Notes: generated by a model from the letters alone, not told the origin. Counted from the stretch's first letter, positions 41,302 through 52,079 are shown. The stretch: 64,000 nt of DNA from Verrucomicrobiota bacterium (GCA_045046875.1 JASFYY010000038.1:1-64000), one strand, 5' to 3'. Made by a program: numbers and translations.

Positions 41302-42201
41302 CTACGTTTTCCTCATCGCCTGACTAAGCGCATCTCCCAAATCCTCATAATCCCAATCAAAACCCTGCTGCTTCAACACCTCCGGAACCACCCGTTCACT
41401 GAACAATAACATTTCCGACATACCTCCTAAAACCAATTTGAGCAAGGGAGCTGGCGCCCAGGCAATCGCCGGCCGTTTGACCTGACGGGCCAATACCCGG
41501 GTGAACTCACTATTACTAAGCGACTTTGGTGCACAAAAATTAACCGCACCCTCCAGCGCTGTTTGTTCGATGGCATATAAAAACATCCTCGCCACATCGT
41601 CTACATGCACCCAGGGCATCCACTGTTTACCCGAACCCAATCGCCCGCCCAAGCCAAGTCGAAACAACTTGCGCAGCAACGGTGCCGCACCACCTCCAGC
41701 CCCCAATGCCATACCCACCCGCCCACACACCACGCGAATCCCATCATCCTGTGCCTGCATTGCTGCAGACTCCCAGACCTGAGTGACTTCAGCCAGAAAA
41801 CCCCTTCCCAGTTCGCTCTCTTCGGTCAAAACTTCATCCGCCCGATCACCGTAAAATCCCGTGCCCGAAGCGCACACAAATACCTGCGGCGCCCGCTCAC
41901 TATCTTTCATCGCCTTCACCAAACCTTGTGTTCCCAACAAACGGCTGGAACGAATCTGTTGTTTTTTAGCCGCCGTCCAGATCCCCAAAACCGATTCGCC
42001 GGCCAGGTGAACCAGCGCATCCAAACCACTCACGTCAGTCTGCTCTGCTAATTCTGGAGAAAAATGCCGCAGCTCATGTCCCGGTGAAAAGACCTCATCG
42101 ACATTGCGAGTATAGAGCACCGCTTCATGCCCCTTTTCGACCAACAAAGCCGTCAGCCTTTTGCCTATCAATCCCCTCGCGCCAGTGATTCCTATTTTCA
42201 A
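41302..42201 (-). CDS. TIGR01777 family NAD-dependent epimerase/oxidoreductase (YfcH-like)
   Basis: ITGARGLIG, HLAGE, GFYGDR.DE.LTE, GRLGSGKQWMPWVH.DD. Confidence 0.92.
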   Translation of the reverse strand: MKIGITGARGLIGKRLTALLVEKGHEAVLYTRNVDEVFSPGHELRHFSPELAEQTDVSGLDALVHLAGESVLGIWTAAKKQQIRSSRLLGTQGLVKAMKDSERAPQVFVCASGTGFYGDRADEVLTEESELGRGFLAEVTQVWESAAMQAQDDGIRVVCGRVGMALGAGGGAAPLLRKLFRLGLGGRLGSGKQWMPWVHVDDVARMFLYAIEQTALEGAVNFCAPKSLSNSEFTRVLARQVKRPAIAWAPAPLLKLVLGGMSEMLLFSERVVPEVLKQQGFDWDYEDLGDALSQAMRKT

Positions 42202-42228
42202 TTTCAGTCAATGATTAAATTTCACTCG

Positions 42229-43674
42229 TCAAGCCCCCTGTGCTCCGCCCTCTTCCAAATCATCGCTTTCCTCTTTAACTACACGCAGAAACTGCACTTC
42301 CCGCACGCTGCGTTCATCCGCTTCGGTGACCGTCACTTGATAATCTTCCACCTGCAAAACTTCTCCCTTTTCCAGCAAACGCCCCGCCACATGAGTCACA
42401 TAACCCCCCACCGTACTCACATCAGGACTCTCCAGATCAAGATCGGTCTGCACCGCTAGTTCGTGCAGTGGATAGGTTCCGTGAACCACAAACTCATCAT
42501 CGCTCAAACGCCGGAACTCCTGATCTTCCTCATCAAACTCATCCTGGATCTCCCCCACCAGTTTTTCCAGCACATCATCGAGCATGACCAAACCCAAAGC
42601 ACCGCCAAACTCATCCACCACCAAAGCCAAATGGGCATGTTTTTTTAAAAAAGTCTTTAACAACACATCCAGCTTCATCAACTCCGGCACTGGAAAAATA
42701 TCGCGTTTGATCGCCATCAGATCCGCATCCTTCTCCCTCACCTGCCCCAGCAAATCCTTGATATGAATCAAACCAATCGCGTGATCGAGATGCCCCTCTT
42801 TCACCAAGGGAAAACGAGTGTGTTTCGTTTCCAAGGCCAGTTCCAGGTTCTGCTCGAAACTCTTCTCAACATCAAGCGTCACCACCTCGTTACGAGGAGT
42901 CATGATATCCCGCACGCTCAAATCATTCAAAGCCAACGCATTGATCAAAATCGCTCGCTCGGTATCCGTCACATCATCGGCTTTTTCCGTCTCTTCCACC
43001 AGGATGCGTATCTCTTCAGCGCTATGGACCAGTTCATGCGCCGGCACCACATCGATTTTAAAGATCGCCTTCATCAGCCATTTTGCCGAGGTATTCAGCA
43101 ACCAGATCGGCAGTTTAAACACCCGGTAAAAAAATGCCAGGGGTCGAACCACCCACAGCGAAGTCGGCACCGACTTCCTTATCGCCAGCGATTTGGGCAT
43201 CTGCTCACCCACCACCACGTGCATGAAAGTAATAAACGAAAAAGCTAGAAAAAACGATAGCCCTGTCACCCAACTCTCGGCAACCCCCATCTTGAACAAC
43301 AAGGGCTGCACCAGCTTACTGACAAAAGGTTCACCCACCCAGCCCAAAGCCAGACTCGCCAATGTGATCCCCAACTGACATGCTGATAAATAAGCGTCCA
43401 GGTGCTCACTGGAAGCCATGTGCCGAGCCAGTTTAGCCCCGCCTTTATCATCCTCTATCAAGGTATCCAATTGACTGGTGCGGACTTTGACCAAAGCAAA
43501 TTCTGCGGCCACAAAAAAGCCATTCAGCAGAATGAAAAACAATACCAATAACAGACGGCCCGACGCACCGCCCCAACCCAGCGTCCACTCACGGGACAAA
43601 CCCGACTCATGACCCACCACCGCCAATAACAAAGGGCCTGAAAACAATCCATCTATGACTGCGGTCATCACCAC
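42229..43674 (-). CDS. HlyC/CorC (CNNM-CBS-CorC) family transporter
   Basis: NGFFVAAEFALVKVR, QLGITLASLALGW.GEP, VRDIMTPR, VVDEFGG, VGEIQDEFD. Confidence 0.93.
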   Translation of the reverse strand: MVMTAVIDGLFSGPLLLAVVGHESGLSREWTLGWGGASGRLLLVLFFILLNGFFVAAEFALVKVRTSQLDTLIEDDKGGAKLARHMASSEHLDAYLSACQLGITLASLALGWVGEPFVSKLVQPLLFKMGVAESWVTGLSFFLAFSFITFMHVVVGEQMPKSLAIRKSVPTSLWVVRPLAFFYRVFKLPIWLLNTSAKWLMKAIFKIDVVPAHELVHSAEEIRILVEETEKADDVTDTERAILINALALNDLSVRDIMTPRNEVVTLDVEKSFEQNLELALETKHTRFPLVKEGHLDHAIGLIHIKDLLGQVREKDADLMAIKRDIFPVPELMKLDVLLKTFLKKHAHLALVVDEFGGALGLVMLDDVLEKLVGEIQDEFDEEDQEFRRLSDDEFVVHGTYPLHELAVQTDLDLESPDVSTVGGYVTHVAGRLLEKGEVLQVEDYQVTVTEADERSVREVQFLRVVKEESDDLEEGGAQGA

Positions 43675-43792
43675 TCTCCCCTCCCCACGGTTTCATGAAC
43701 GCACCAGACTGCCGTCCGCCTACTAAAAGGGTCAGGATCATCGTTCGAGGCAGCTTCTTTGGAATCAGCTACAGACTGTTCGAACAGCACGT

Positions 43793-44044
43793 TCATAATT
43801 TCTCATAAACCCCTTTGTCCCGCCTCTTCAGCACCGTAAACCCTGCGCTTTTTGCCGCGCTCACGGACAAAGGTTTATTGATCTTGGGAGTATTGATCTG
43901 GGTGATCAACTTCTTCACCGGATTACGGCAAAGCGGACATTTATCCAAGGGCGGGCGACTGAGAGGTCGCCTGAGTTCAAAACCCCGGGCACAATTCCGG
44001 CAGCCCTTGTCAGGCTCGATGGCGATGTATTCGTAGATGGGCAT
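43793..44044 (-). CDS. FmdB family zinc-ribbon protein
   Basis: MPIYEY...CRNC..GFE...CPLC...VKKLI. Confidence 0.85.
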   Translation of the reverse strand: MPIYEYIAIEPDKGCRNCARGFELRRPLSRPPLDKCPLCRNPVKKLITQINTPKINKPLSVSAAKSAGFTVLKRRDKGVYEKL

Positions 44045-44170
44045 AAATGCTTCTGCGAAAATCGCGTCGCCAAGCCCAGCTTGGCAACACTTATTTTCGA
44101 CTCAGTTGGATTCAACCAAGTCTATCTGATTTGTGGCGGGATGTCCACGCCAAGCATCAAAAAATAATAA

Positions 44171-44440
44171 CTACCAGCTGGATTTTGTCACCCCGGGGAT
44201 GAGTCCATGGGAAGCCATTTCGCGAAAAGCGATACGCGACATTTTAAAGCGGCGAAGATAACCGTGACGACGACCAGTCACTTTACAGCGATTGGTTGTG
44301 CGGGTCTTGCTAGCGTCTCTTGGTAACATGGATAAACCCACGTAATCACCTTTAGCTTTCAGCTCCTCACGAAGCTTAGCGTATTTCTCCACAGTGCGTC
44401 TTTTACGCGCGTCTCTTTCTATCCAGCATTTTTTAGCCAT
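44171..44440 (-). CDS. rpsN: 30S ribosomal protein S14, 89-aa zinc-independent (C-) form
   Basis: [15 protein letters not shown]...[21 protein letters not shown]; lacks the CxxC pairs. Confidence 0.96.
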   Translation of the reverse strand: MAKKCWIERDARKRRTVEKYAKLREELKAKGDYVGLSMLPRDASKTRTTNRCKVTGRRHGYLRRFKMSRIAFREMASHGLIPGVTKSSW

Positions 44441-44589
44441 ATCTGTTTCAGGTTTAAGCCAGAACCAACAGGTTGCAAGTGGATTTTCCTCAAAATAAGC
44501 GGAATTTTCAATCCCCACCACCACTCTAGACTGGCAATACTGCATTTTCGCTATTGATTCTCCGCTTTAAAAAAGCCACCTTAACAATA

Positions 44590-45381
44590 ATGAAAACGTT
44601 TTCTTCTCAATTTTTCCCCACCCGCGCTTTATCCTTGCGCTCATTCAGAATCATTTCCGCCTTGTTTTTACTGGGCTCCAGCCTCATCCCAAGTTACGCC
44701 AAACCTCTCGCAGATTACGGGAAAACCCCCTCCAATGGCGATGACTGGCTCACTTTCTATTACCGCAACCCGCGTCCGGATCAATTGATTCCCCAGCTCA
44801 AAGCCTGGAGTTCGGAAGGCACCTTGCAGGATCAAAACGCACGCGGCCCCTTGCTCGGTTTTCTCAGTGCAGTTTTCCGACAAAATGCCGACCAGCTCGA
44901 AAACTGGTATCAGCAAACCCTGTCCCTGCCAGCCAAAGACCAGGAGCTCATCAATATGGCGATTTGGATTTCCAATAGCAAAAAAAGCCAACAGTTGCTG
45001 AAAAAAGAACTGCCCCAGGCCTTTGCCGACAAAACCCCACCCGACATACTCACCCTCAAACTGGATTCCACCTCTGCTCTCGATTTGCTCTGGGGATATT
45101 ATTTTGCCACCGGCGACAGCAAGGCCCTGCTTCGCATCGCCCGCATGTTCCGTTACGCCGATGCACCCAAAAAAGTAGCTGGCATCCCTGATGGCCGAAC
45201 CCCGCTATACACCATTTTACCCAAAGCGGCCAAGTGGTCGATCTCCAGCAATGCGCAACAGCACCCCAAGGTTCTCGAGGATTACAAAAAAATGCTCGCC
45301 TCGGATCAACTCAACGATACCGAAAAAAAGTGGCTCGACGAAAGTCTGAAGCAAGCTGAAAATCCACCCAAACAGCCCTGA
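44590..45381 (+). CDS. Exported hypothetical protein
   Basis: Long ORF with signal peptide; FYYRNP and LDLLWGYYFATGD motifs; function not recognised. Confidence 0.7.
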   Translation: MKTFSSQFFPTRALSLRSFRIISALFLLGSSLIPSYAKPLADYGKTPSNGDDWLTFYYRNPRPDQLIPQLKAWSSEGTLQDQNARGPLLGFLSAVFRQNADQLENWYQQTLSLPAKDQELINMAIWISNSKKSQQLLKKELPQAFADKTPPDILTLKLDSTSALDLLWGYYFATGDSKALLRIARMFRYADAPKKVAGIPDGRTPLYTILPKAAKWSISSNAQQHPKVLEDYKKMLASDQLNDTEKKWLDESLKQAENPPKQP

Positions 45382-45416
45382 ACTGGTTGACGGTTGAAAT
45401 CAAACCGTAAAAAATC

Positions 45417-46292
45417 TCAATCCTCACCAGCGAACACTTTTTCCAAAGCCGAGCGCATGATGTTGGCATCCGGACTTTTGCCCGTCCAGAATTGAATACC
45501 GATCACCCCTTGGCCCACCAGCATTTCCAGACCATCGATCACCCGACAGCCGCGCTGACGCGCCTCCCTCACCAGACAAGTTTCCGGCGGATTAGGAATG
45601 ACATCCGCTACCACCATCGATGGCAACAGCGTATCCATGTCGATATCCAAACGAGCCGCCACATCCGGATACAAGCCGATCGAAGTCGCGTTCACCACGA
45701 TATCCGTCTGCTCAGGCAAAGAATAATCCCCCGCCCACTTCACCCAGTCCACTTCCAAATCATGATCCAACACTTGCTGCACCTTACCTCTCAATAAATC
45801 CACCAAGTCCCTGCCGCGTTGCTCTCCGCGGTTGACCACCACGATCTTCTTCACTCCGGCCACCGCCATCTCCACACTGATCGCCCGCGCCGCGCCGCCC
45901 GCGCCGAACAGCACCATCGTTTTGCCTTTGGGATCCTCGATCTGACTAAGCGCCGCGACAAAACCCTTACCGTCGGTGTTTTCCCCAATCAAACGTCCCT
46001 CACGCAGCACCACGCAATTCACCGCCCCCATCAACTCCGCCGATTCCCCCAGGCCATCCAGATATTTGATCACCTCTATTTTGTGCGGAATGGTGCAGTT
46101 GAACCCTTGAAAAGCAAAAGCCCGCGCCCCCTCAACCGCCCGCTCCAGGTCCTCCTCCTTGACCTCCAAGGTCAAATAACGCCAATCCAGACCCAAAGCC
46201 TCAAAAGCAGGCTCGATCATCGCCTGAGTCGGATTTTCCGCCACCGGAAAACCAAAACAACCGACCAGTTCTTGTTTAAAATTCAGTTCCAT
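45417..46292 (-). CDS. aroE: Shikimate dehydrogenase
   Basis: GFNCTIPHK, GAVN, GENTDGKGF, GAGGAARA, NATSIG, GLEMLVGQ. Confidence 0.92.
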   Translation of the reverse strand: MELNFKQELVGCFGFPVAENPTQAMIEPAFEALGLDWRYLTLEVKEEDLERAVEGARAFAFQGFNCTIPHKIEVIKYLDGLGESAELMGAVNCVVLREGRLIGENTDGKGFVAALSQIEDPKGKTMVLFGAGGAARAISVEMAVAGVKKIVVVNRGEQRGRDLVDLLRGKVQQVLDHDLEVDWVKWAGDYSLPEQTDIVVNATSIGLYPDVAARLDIDMDTLLPSMVVADVIPNPPETCLVREARQRGCRVIDGLEMLVGQGVIGIQFWTGKSPDANIMRSALEKVFAGED

Positions 46293-46329
46293 TTTATTAC
46301 AAATTCTTAAATTGCAAGAGTCTCAGCTC

Positions 46330-46983
46330 TTATTTTCCAGCCACTCCACCGGTAATTCGCTTAATAGCATCCGAAGCAGGGATCGCTCCTTCCTCCCAAC
46401 CATTTTTTTCTAAATCCACATCTTCAAGGTTTTTATCCTTATCGGTGATTCTCACCAGATTTGCCATGCGTGGATTTGAAAACTCTCCATAGAGCATCAG
46501 CTTTTTTTCAAAAATCCTAAAATAAAGCATACTGGATCTAATATACGATTTCTGCTCCTCTCCAGATTGAACCTTAGAAGAAAAAGGGTTGCCAAGATTC
46601 TCTATCCACGAGTACACCACACGATAGCCCCCCTTGTCACCACTCTTTTCAATGGCGAGAAAAACCGGCCATTCATCATCCCACTTGCCTCCCCATAATC
46701 CCTCAATGGACACAGGTTTCTCCTCCTTCTTACTCTGCCTCTGCTCCTTAATCCACAACTGGTCTTCATCACTAAGATTGCTCACCTTCAACAAAAACAT
46801 TCTTCCATCCGAAGTCCGTTTGATACGAATACGCCCCTCTGACTCCGATATGAATTCCGCCTTAAGCTCTTTACCTTGACTATTCTTGAAGACACGGAGT
46901 TCTCCACTAAATCCAAAATTCAAGCTGGCCGCAAATACACCAAGAATAGAAAAAAATCGCACTGCAAGGAAGTAGGAGTTCAT
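46330..46983 (-). CDS. Exported protein with an N-terminal SHD1-like domain
   Basis: RVFKNSQGKELKAEF...IKRTSDGRMF......LSDEDQ.WI; start codon uncertain. Confidence 0.65.
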   Translation of the reverse strand: MNSYFLAVRFFSILGVFAASLNFGFSGELRVFKNSQGKELKAEFISESEGRIRIKRTSDGRMFLLKVSNLSDEDQLWIKEQRQSKKEEKPVSIEGLWGGKWDDEWPVFLAIEKSGDKGGYRVVYSWIENLGNPFSSKVQSGEEQKSYIRSSMLYFRIFEKKLMLYGEFSNPRMANLVRITDKDKNLEDVDLEKNGWEEGAIPASDAIKRITGGVAGK

Positions 46984-47065
46984 GTGGAGAACAGCATTTA
47001 ATACCATTAGGCTTATTTTTCAAAGAAGAAAACAGCTATGCTGCTGCTCTCCGACTTAACCAGCT

Positions 47066-48166
47066 TCAATTCTCAATCGACCAGGTCAACTGCAGATCCA
47101 TTCCCACAGGGAGAGGCACCACCGGACCCTCCTCGCTCTCAAACACCGCCACCTGCGATGGCGCCTTGCTGAGAGTGAACGTATCTTCCGATGACGCAAA
47201 ACCATAAAACGTGGGGCCATTGGTGGAAAGAAAACTTTCAAAAACCGCGCAACCGGAATCTGTATCAAAATCCACTCCCGCTTGCTCAAAAGCCATCGCA
47301 TACAATTGCGGCGCGCAAGCTCCAGTGTAACAACCCGCCGCACAACCACAGTCAAGCACCTTGCTGGTATGCGGCGCACTGTCCGTGCCAGCAAAAAACT
47401 TATTCTGTCCCACCTGGGTGACCGCCACCCGCAACGCCTCCCGGTCCGCATCGAACTTCACCAAAGGCAAACAGTAGAGATGGTATTTCAAGCCCTGGAT
47501 CAAATCCCCTACCGTATACAATAAATGCTGCGGAGTAACCGTTGCCGCAACCCGCTCAGGTGCCTGGGCCACAAAGTCCACTGCCACCGACGTGGTGATG
47601 TGTTCACAGACCAACCGCAAGCGCGGATGAGCCTCCAGGATAGCTGGTAGCTTTTCATTATAAAAAACCGACTCGGCACTCTGTTGCGCGTCAAAATAAT
47701 CCGCTCCGACCAAGCCATGTTGCTCTCCGTGGATACAAAGCACCACCCCATAATCCTCCATTGCCCGGAAAACGTCACCGCCAATCCATTCATCCATGGC
47801 CACGCCATGCTCGGCATTGGTAGTGCCATGTGGCGGATAATATTTGGCCGCCTGCAACAAACCCGACCCAGCCCCTTCAGCGATCATCTCCGCAGTGGTA
47901 TCATCCGTCAGATAAAGAGGAGTGATCAATTGATCAAACACATCGGCTCCAGCAGCCAACAATTCTGCCCGGTAGGATTCAATCGAACAAGCGTCTTCCG
48001 ATCCCTTCCCCGTAATTTGTGAAACCGGAGGCCGGGTATTTGGCATCGCCAAAGCCCCGGCGCACCCCATCGCCAGATGGTCCGCGATATATTGATTCAC
48101 ATTTTTTCCCTGCCGGAAGTGCGTATGCAAATCATACCATTTGGGAAGAGTAAAAGAAATAGCCAT
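47066..48166 (-). CDS. pyrC: Dihydroorotase (homodimeric, E. coli-like type)
   Basis: DLHTHFR, AMPNT.PP, KYYP...TTN, IHGE, EHITT, HLYCLP..K, GTDSAPH, GCAAG. Confidence 0.9.
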   Translation of the reverse strand: MAISFTLPKWYDLHTHFRQGKNVNQYIADHLAMGCAGALAMPNTRPPVSQITGKGSEDACSIESYRAELLAAGADVFDQLITPLYLTDDTTAEMIAEGAGSGLLQAAKYYPPHGTTNAEHGVAMDEWIGGDVFRAMEDYGVVLCIHGEQHGLVGADYFDAQQSAESVFYNEKLPAILEAHPRLRLVCEHITTSVAVDFVAQAPERVAATVTPQHLLYTVGDLIQGLKYHLYCLPLVKFDADREALRVAVTQVGQNKFFAGTDSAPHTSKVLDCGCAAGCYTGACAPQLYAMAFEQAGVDFDTDSGCAVFESFLSTNGPTFYGFASSEDTFTLSKAPSQVAVFESEEGPVVPLPVGMDLQLTWSIEN

Positions 48167-48258
48167 GATGATCAAAAAAGTCTGCCCGAAAGACTCATAT
48201 CCTGCACCATGAATCAACCAGATTTATTATCGCAATCCCTATTCATAAATCCCATCAC

Positions 48259-48288
48259 AAAAAAGAGCCGCTATAAAAATAGCGGCTC
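48259..48288 (-). terminator. Rho-independent terminator of the globin gene
   Basis: 10-bp stem GAGCCGCTAT/ATAGCGGCTC with a 4-nt loop, followed by T6 on the minus strand. Confidence 0.8.
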
Positions 48289-48352
48289 CCTCATATTAGA
48301 TCGATCTCCCCTGACCGCTATCACTAGCTCAATCAGAGGGATCACTCACACT

Positions 48353-48928
48353 TTAGCTCTTTTTTTTGTTCAGCACGTCATCTTTGGTGCTTGCGACCAC
48401 TGCCATGACCTTGTCGATCAGTTCAGGTTTCACCTTCAACTCTTTCAAAGTCGCCAACAAGTGCTCGGCGATGGCTCCAAAATGCTCTTCGGTCAGTTCC
48501 ATGTGGGCGTGGCCTTTGCGCATATCCATGCCCTTGTAGGGAATCGGTGATCCCAGTGCCGCAGAGAGGAATTCCTTCTGTTTGTTGTGCTGGCGTTTCA
48601 TGTTCACGTCTTCAAAGAAGTAGTTCACCCGGTCATCCGCGAGGACTTTGGTGTAAAACAAATCCACCGCGGCATTGATGGCTGCTTTGCCTCCGATCTG
48701 GCTGTAAAGACTGGTAGTCACCTTTTCCTTGAACTCACCACGGCAATCTCCGCAGCAAAAGGCGTAAGTAACATCCTCGAATGCATAAGTGCATTTCGGA
48801 TTCACCGCTTTGCCTTTGATCGGGCATTTTTCGTTCACCGCTGCGGCTTTTTTAGAGGTCTCACCAAAAGCGGTGAAAGTGATCGATGCGAAGATCAATG
48901 GAATAAGGAATGTAATCGTTTTTTTCAT
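48353..48928 (-). CDS. Exported group I truncated hemoglobin with an N-terminal TRASH/YHS-like Cys domain
   Basis: Signal peptide; NEKCPIKGK.V...YAFCCGDC; SLYSQIGG.AAI.A.VD.FY.KVLAD.RV..FF...Q..FL..ALG...Y.G.DM..GH. Confidence 0.88.
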   Translation of the reverse strand: MKKTITFLIPLIFASITFTAFGETSKKAAAVNEKCPIKGKAVNPKCTYAFEDVTYAFCCGDCRGEFKEKVTTSLYSQIGGKAAINAAVDLFYTKVLADDRVNYFFEDVNMKRQHNKQKEFLSAALGSPIPYKGMDMRKGHAHMELTEEHFGAIAEHLLATLKELKVKPELIDKVMAVVASTKDDVLNKKKS

Positions 48929-49090
48929 ATAGTTTAGTTTGGTTTGGGAGGAATTTTCATCCATGCCTCAATGCCTGTATAGACAACTGAATATCATGAA
49001 CTCGTAAGACCGTCGACTTGAAGCCTGCGTTTGACTACGCATATTTTGCATCTCTCCACGCCTATCTTGCTATAAGCTACAAACCCCTTC

Positions 49091-50506
49091 TCATTTCACC
49101 TCGCCCATCTCCTTCAGTTTACGCTGCAAAGTCCGGCGACTGATGCCCAGCAAACGAGCCGCTTCAGTGCGGTTGCCATCGGTACGATCCAAAGCCTTCC
49201 TGATATAACGCTGCTCCACATCACTAAGATTCAACGCATCATCAGCCAATACAGAGTCTTCACCGCCAAATCCCTGCGCGCGCCGTTCCCCCAGCCCAAC
49301 TGTCAATCGCCCCACAACTCCTGCTGACTCCTTCACAAACTGCGGCAAATGCCGCAAGGTGATTTTCGGGCCATTGCTCATCACCACCCCATGCTCGATC
49401 GCCGTGCGCAATTCACGCACATTGCCCGGCCAATCGTATTCGATCAAGCGCTGCAAAGCATCCGCTGTCAACTCGCGGTAAGGTTTGTTGTTCTCTTCCG
49501 CAAACTCCCGCAAAAACGCTTCACTCAACAAAACGATATCCTCTTTGCGACTGCGCAAAGGCGGCATCTCGATCCGAATCACATTGAGACGAAAATACAA
49601 ATCATCCCGGAACTCCCCCTCTTCGACCAAAGTCGCCAGATTTTTGTTAGTCGCTGCGATCACCCTCACATCCACTTTGATCACCTGGTTACCACCCACC
49701 CGCTGAATCGTGCGCTCCCCCAGCGCTCGCAACAACTTCACCTGAGTATTACCGTCAATCTCACCGATTTCGTCAAGAAACAAGGTGCCGCCGTCGGCCT
49801 CTTCAAAACGCCCCTTGCGCCGCTCGGTCGCCCCGGTGAACGCTCCACGTTCATGGCCGAACAATTCACTCTCTAACAACTGCGGACTCAGCGCCGCGCA
49901 ATGCACGATCGTCAGTTTTGATTTCGGCCGCCCACTCAGATTATGTATCGAATGCGCAATCAGCTCCTTACCCGTGCCGCTTTCCCCCTCAATCAATACC
50001 GTCGCTTTGGTCGCCGCCACCTGCTGCACCGTCTCAAACACCGGATGCATCACTGGAGAACTACCAATGATGTTCTCCATCGAAAATTTCTTTTCGACCT
50101 GACGTTTTAAAGAGGCATTCTCACTCTCCACACTACGACTGCGAATCGCCCGTTTGATCACCAGCTCCAACTCATCGATGTTCAACGGTTTACTGACATA
50201 ATCGTAAGCTCCTCGTTTCATCGCCTCCACCGCAATATCAACCGACCCATAAGCAGTCATCATGATGCACACCGGCGCTTTGGGTATTTTCAAAGCTTCG
50301 GCGATCAATTCCATACCATCCTCACCGCCCAAACGAAGATCGGTCACCATCACCTCAACCGATTCACTGCGCAAAATCTCCAAGGCCTCTGCCCGATTGG
50401 CTGCCACATAAATATCAAACTCATCCTCAAACGAACGTCGCAACCCGTCGCGGGTGTTTTTTTCATCATCGACGATGAGCACAATGGTATCCTCAAGATC
50501 AGTCAT
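49091..50506 (-). CDS. Sigma-54-dependent response regulator (NtrC/AtoC-like)
   Basis: Receiver domain (VDDE, TDLRL), [22 protein letters not shown] and a Fis-type HTH. Confidence 0.95.
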   Translation of the reverse strand: MTDLEDTIVLIVDDEKNTRDGLRRSFEDEFDIYVAANRAEALEILRSESVEVMVTDLRLGGEDGMELIAEALKIPKAPVCIMMTAYGSVDIAVEAMKRGAYDYVSKPLNIDELELVIKRAIRSRSVESENASLKRQVEKKFSMENIIGSSPVMHPVFETVQQVAATKATVLIEGESGTGKELIAHSIHNLSGRPKSKLTIVHCAALSPQLLESELFGHERGAFTGATERRKGRFEEADGGTLFLDEIGEIDGNTQVKLLRALGERTIQRVGGNQVIKVDVRVIAATNKNLATLVEEGEFRDDLYFRLNVIRIEMPPLRSRKEDIVLLSEAFLREFAEENNKPYRELTADALQRLIEYDWPGNVRELRTAIEHGVVMSNGPKITLRHLPQFVKESAGVVGRLTVGLGERRAQGFGGEDSVLADDALNLSDVEQRYIRKALDRTDGNRTEAARLLGISRRTLQRKLKEMGEVK

Positions 50507-51737
50507 CACTCCTTATTTCATCCTCCACGATTTGTTCGTCGATCCACTCCACCTCGATCACTTCACCACTATCAGCGTCGCTCTCATCCGGACCTGACAA
50601 AAGGCGCATACGCTTATCTATCCTCGGCAAATAAATAGTAACAGCGGCTCCCTTGCCCTGCTCACTATCAAACTCAACCTCCCCACCATGCTCGCGCACA
50701 ATGCGTCGCACGATCATCAAACCCAGGCCCGATCCCGCTTTCTTAGTCGTGAAGTAAGGCTCGAACACCTTGCCCACCTGCTCCGCCGTCACCCCCTGGC
50801 CGGTATCGGCAATGCGGATACTCACATTGTAATCATCGCGATCCACCTCAATCTGCAACTCACCGTCCGAGCCAATAGCCTGACAAGCATTGCGAATCAA
50901 ATTATACAAAACCTGTTTCATTTGGTCTCGATCCAAAGGCAACTTCGGCACTTCCGGATTCAACTCCAACTTCACCACAATGCCACGATCTTCTATTTCA
51001 CCCGCCAAAAACTTCACCGCCTGACTCACCAGCTCATTCAGGTCCACCAACTCAGTTCGCAATTGGCTGGGACGCACCGCATTGAGAAATTTTTCCACAA
51101 TCAGATCCAAGCGAGTGATTTCACTACGCGCAACATCGAGTAACTCATTCACCTCCTTGCGCAAATCCGGATCTTCCACCTTCTTCAATTTCCGCTGCAC
51201 CAGTTGCAAGTGGATGTTCAGCGAATTCAAAGGATTGCCGATCTCATGCGCCACCCCCGCTGCCAACATCGTCAACGCATTCATCTTTTCAGATTCGATT
51301 TCCTCCTCCCTCATCTGCCGTGATTGGGTAGTATCACGTAGCAGCAAAACAAAACCCTCCAGCTCCCCTTGTTTCTCATCCCGCAAAGGAGCGACATAAA
51401 AATTGATATACCGATTCTCCGGATAAAACACCTCGAGGTCGCGATTAACCACCCTGCCTGACTTGGTCAGCTGCTCCCAATCCAGGCCCCTCACTTTCGA
51501 AACAATCGGCTGACCAATGGCATCCTTGCGATCAAAGCCGAACAACTCACCCGCCGCCAGATTCAAATAGTGAATCAATCCGTCTTCATCGGTAACGATC
51601 ACCCCCTCGCGCAGGGCATCAAAAACCTTTTCCAAAAAACCCATTTCCTGCACAATCCGCAGCACATGCCCTTGCAACTCCTCCGGCCCCACCCGATCCA
51701 CATGATCAATAAATTTGTCGATAAATCGTGATTTCAT
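50499..51737 (-). CDS. PAS-domain sensor histidine kinase (NtrB-like)
   Basis: AAGVAHEIGNPL H-box, NLIRNA, DTGQG, FEPYFTTK..GSGLGL. Confidence 0.93.
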   Translation of the reverse strand: MKSRFIDKFIDHVDRVGPEELQGHVLRIVQEMGFLEKVFDALREGVIVTDEDGLIHYLNLAAGELFGFDRKDAIGQPIVSKVRGLDWEQLTKSGRVVNRDLEVFYPENRYINFYVAPLRDEKQGELEGFVLLLRDTTQSRQMREEEIESEKMNALTMLAAGVAHEIGNPLNSLNIHLQLVQRKLKKVEDPDLRKEVNELLDVARSEITRLDLIVEKFLNAVRPSQLRTELVDLNELVSQAVKFLAGEIEDRGIVVKLELNPEVPKLPLDRDQMKQVLYNLIRNACQAIGSDGELQIEVDRDDYNVSIRIADTGQGVTAEQVGKVFEPYFTTKKAGSGLGLMIVRRIVREHGGEVEFDSEQGKGAAVTIYLPRIDKRMRLLSGPDESDADSGEVIEVEWIDEQIVEDEIRSDD

Positions 51738-51752
51738 GTGTTATCTTTTACC

Positions 51753-52079
51753 ATGGCTAAAGATCAATACCTCCTCATCCTGACCACTTTCCCCGACATC
51801 GAAGCGGCGCGTCAAATTGGCACACTTCTAATCGAATTGCAAATTGCCGCCTGCGTCAATTTGTTACCCGCCTCCCAGTCCATCTATCGTTGGAAAGGCA
51901 AGATTGAAAACAAAACCGAAGTACCGGTATTGATCAAAACCACCAACAACAACTACTCCGCCGTCGAAAGCCACATCCGCGAAGCCCACCCCGACCAAGT
52001 CCCCGAAATCATCGCCATGCCCATCACCCACGGCTCCCCCGACTACCTCGCCTGGATCTCCGAATCCACCTTCGACTGA
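51753..52079 (+). CDS. cutA: Divalent-cation tolerance protein CutA
   Basis: AACVNL....SIYRWKG.IE...E...IKT......HP..VPEII. Confidence 0.92.
   Translation: MAKDQYLLILTTFPDIEAARQIGTLLIELQIAACVNLLPASQSIYRWKGKIENKTEVPVLIKTTNNNYSAVESHIREAHPDQVPEIIAMPITHGSPDYLAWISESTFD

Noticed and set aside
44441..44589. Zur box upstream of rpsN
   Set aside because: No recognisable AT-rich dyad.
48965..49090. Sigma-54 promoter for the globin gene
   Set aside because: The closest candidate has GG-N11-GC spacing rather than the required N10.
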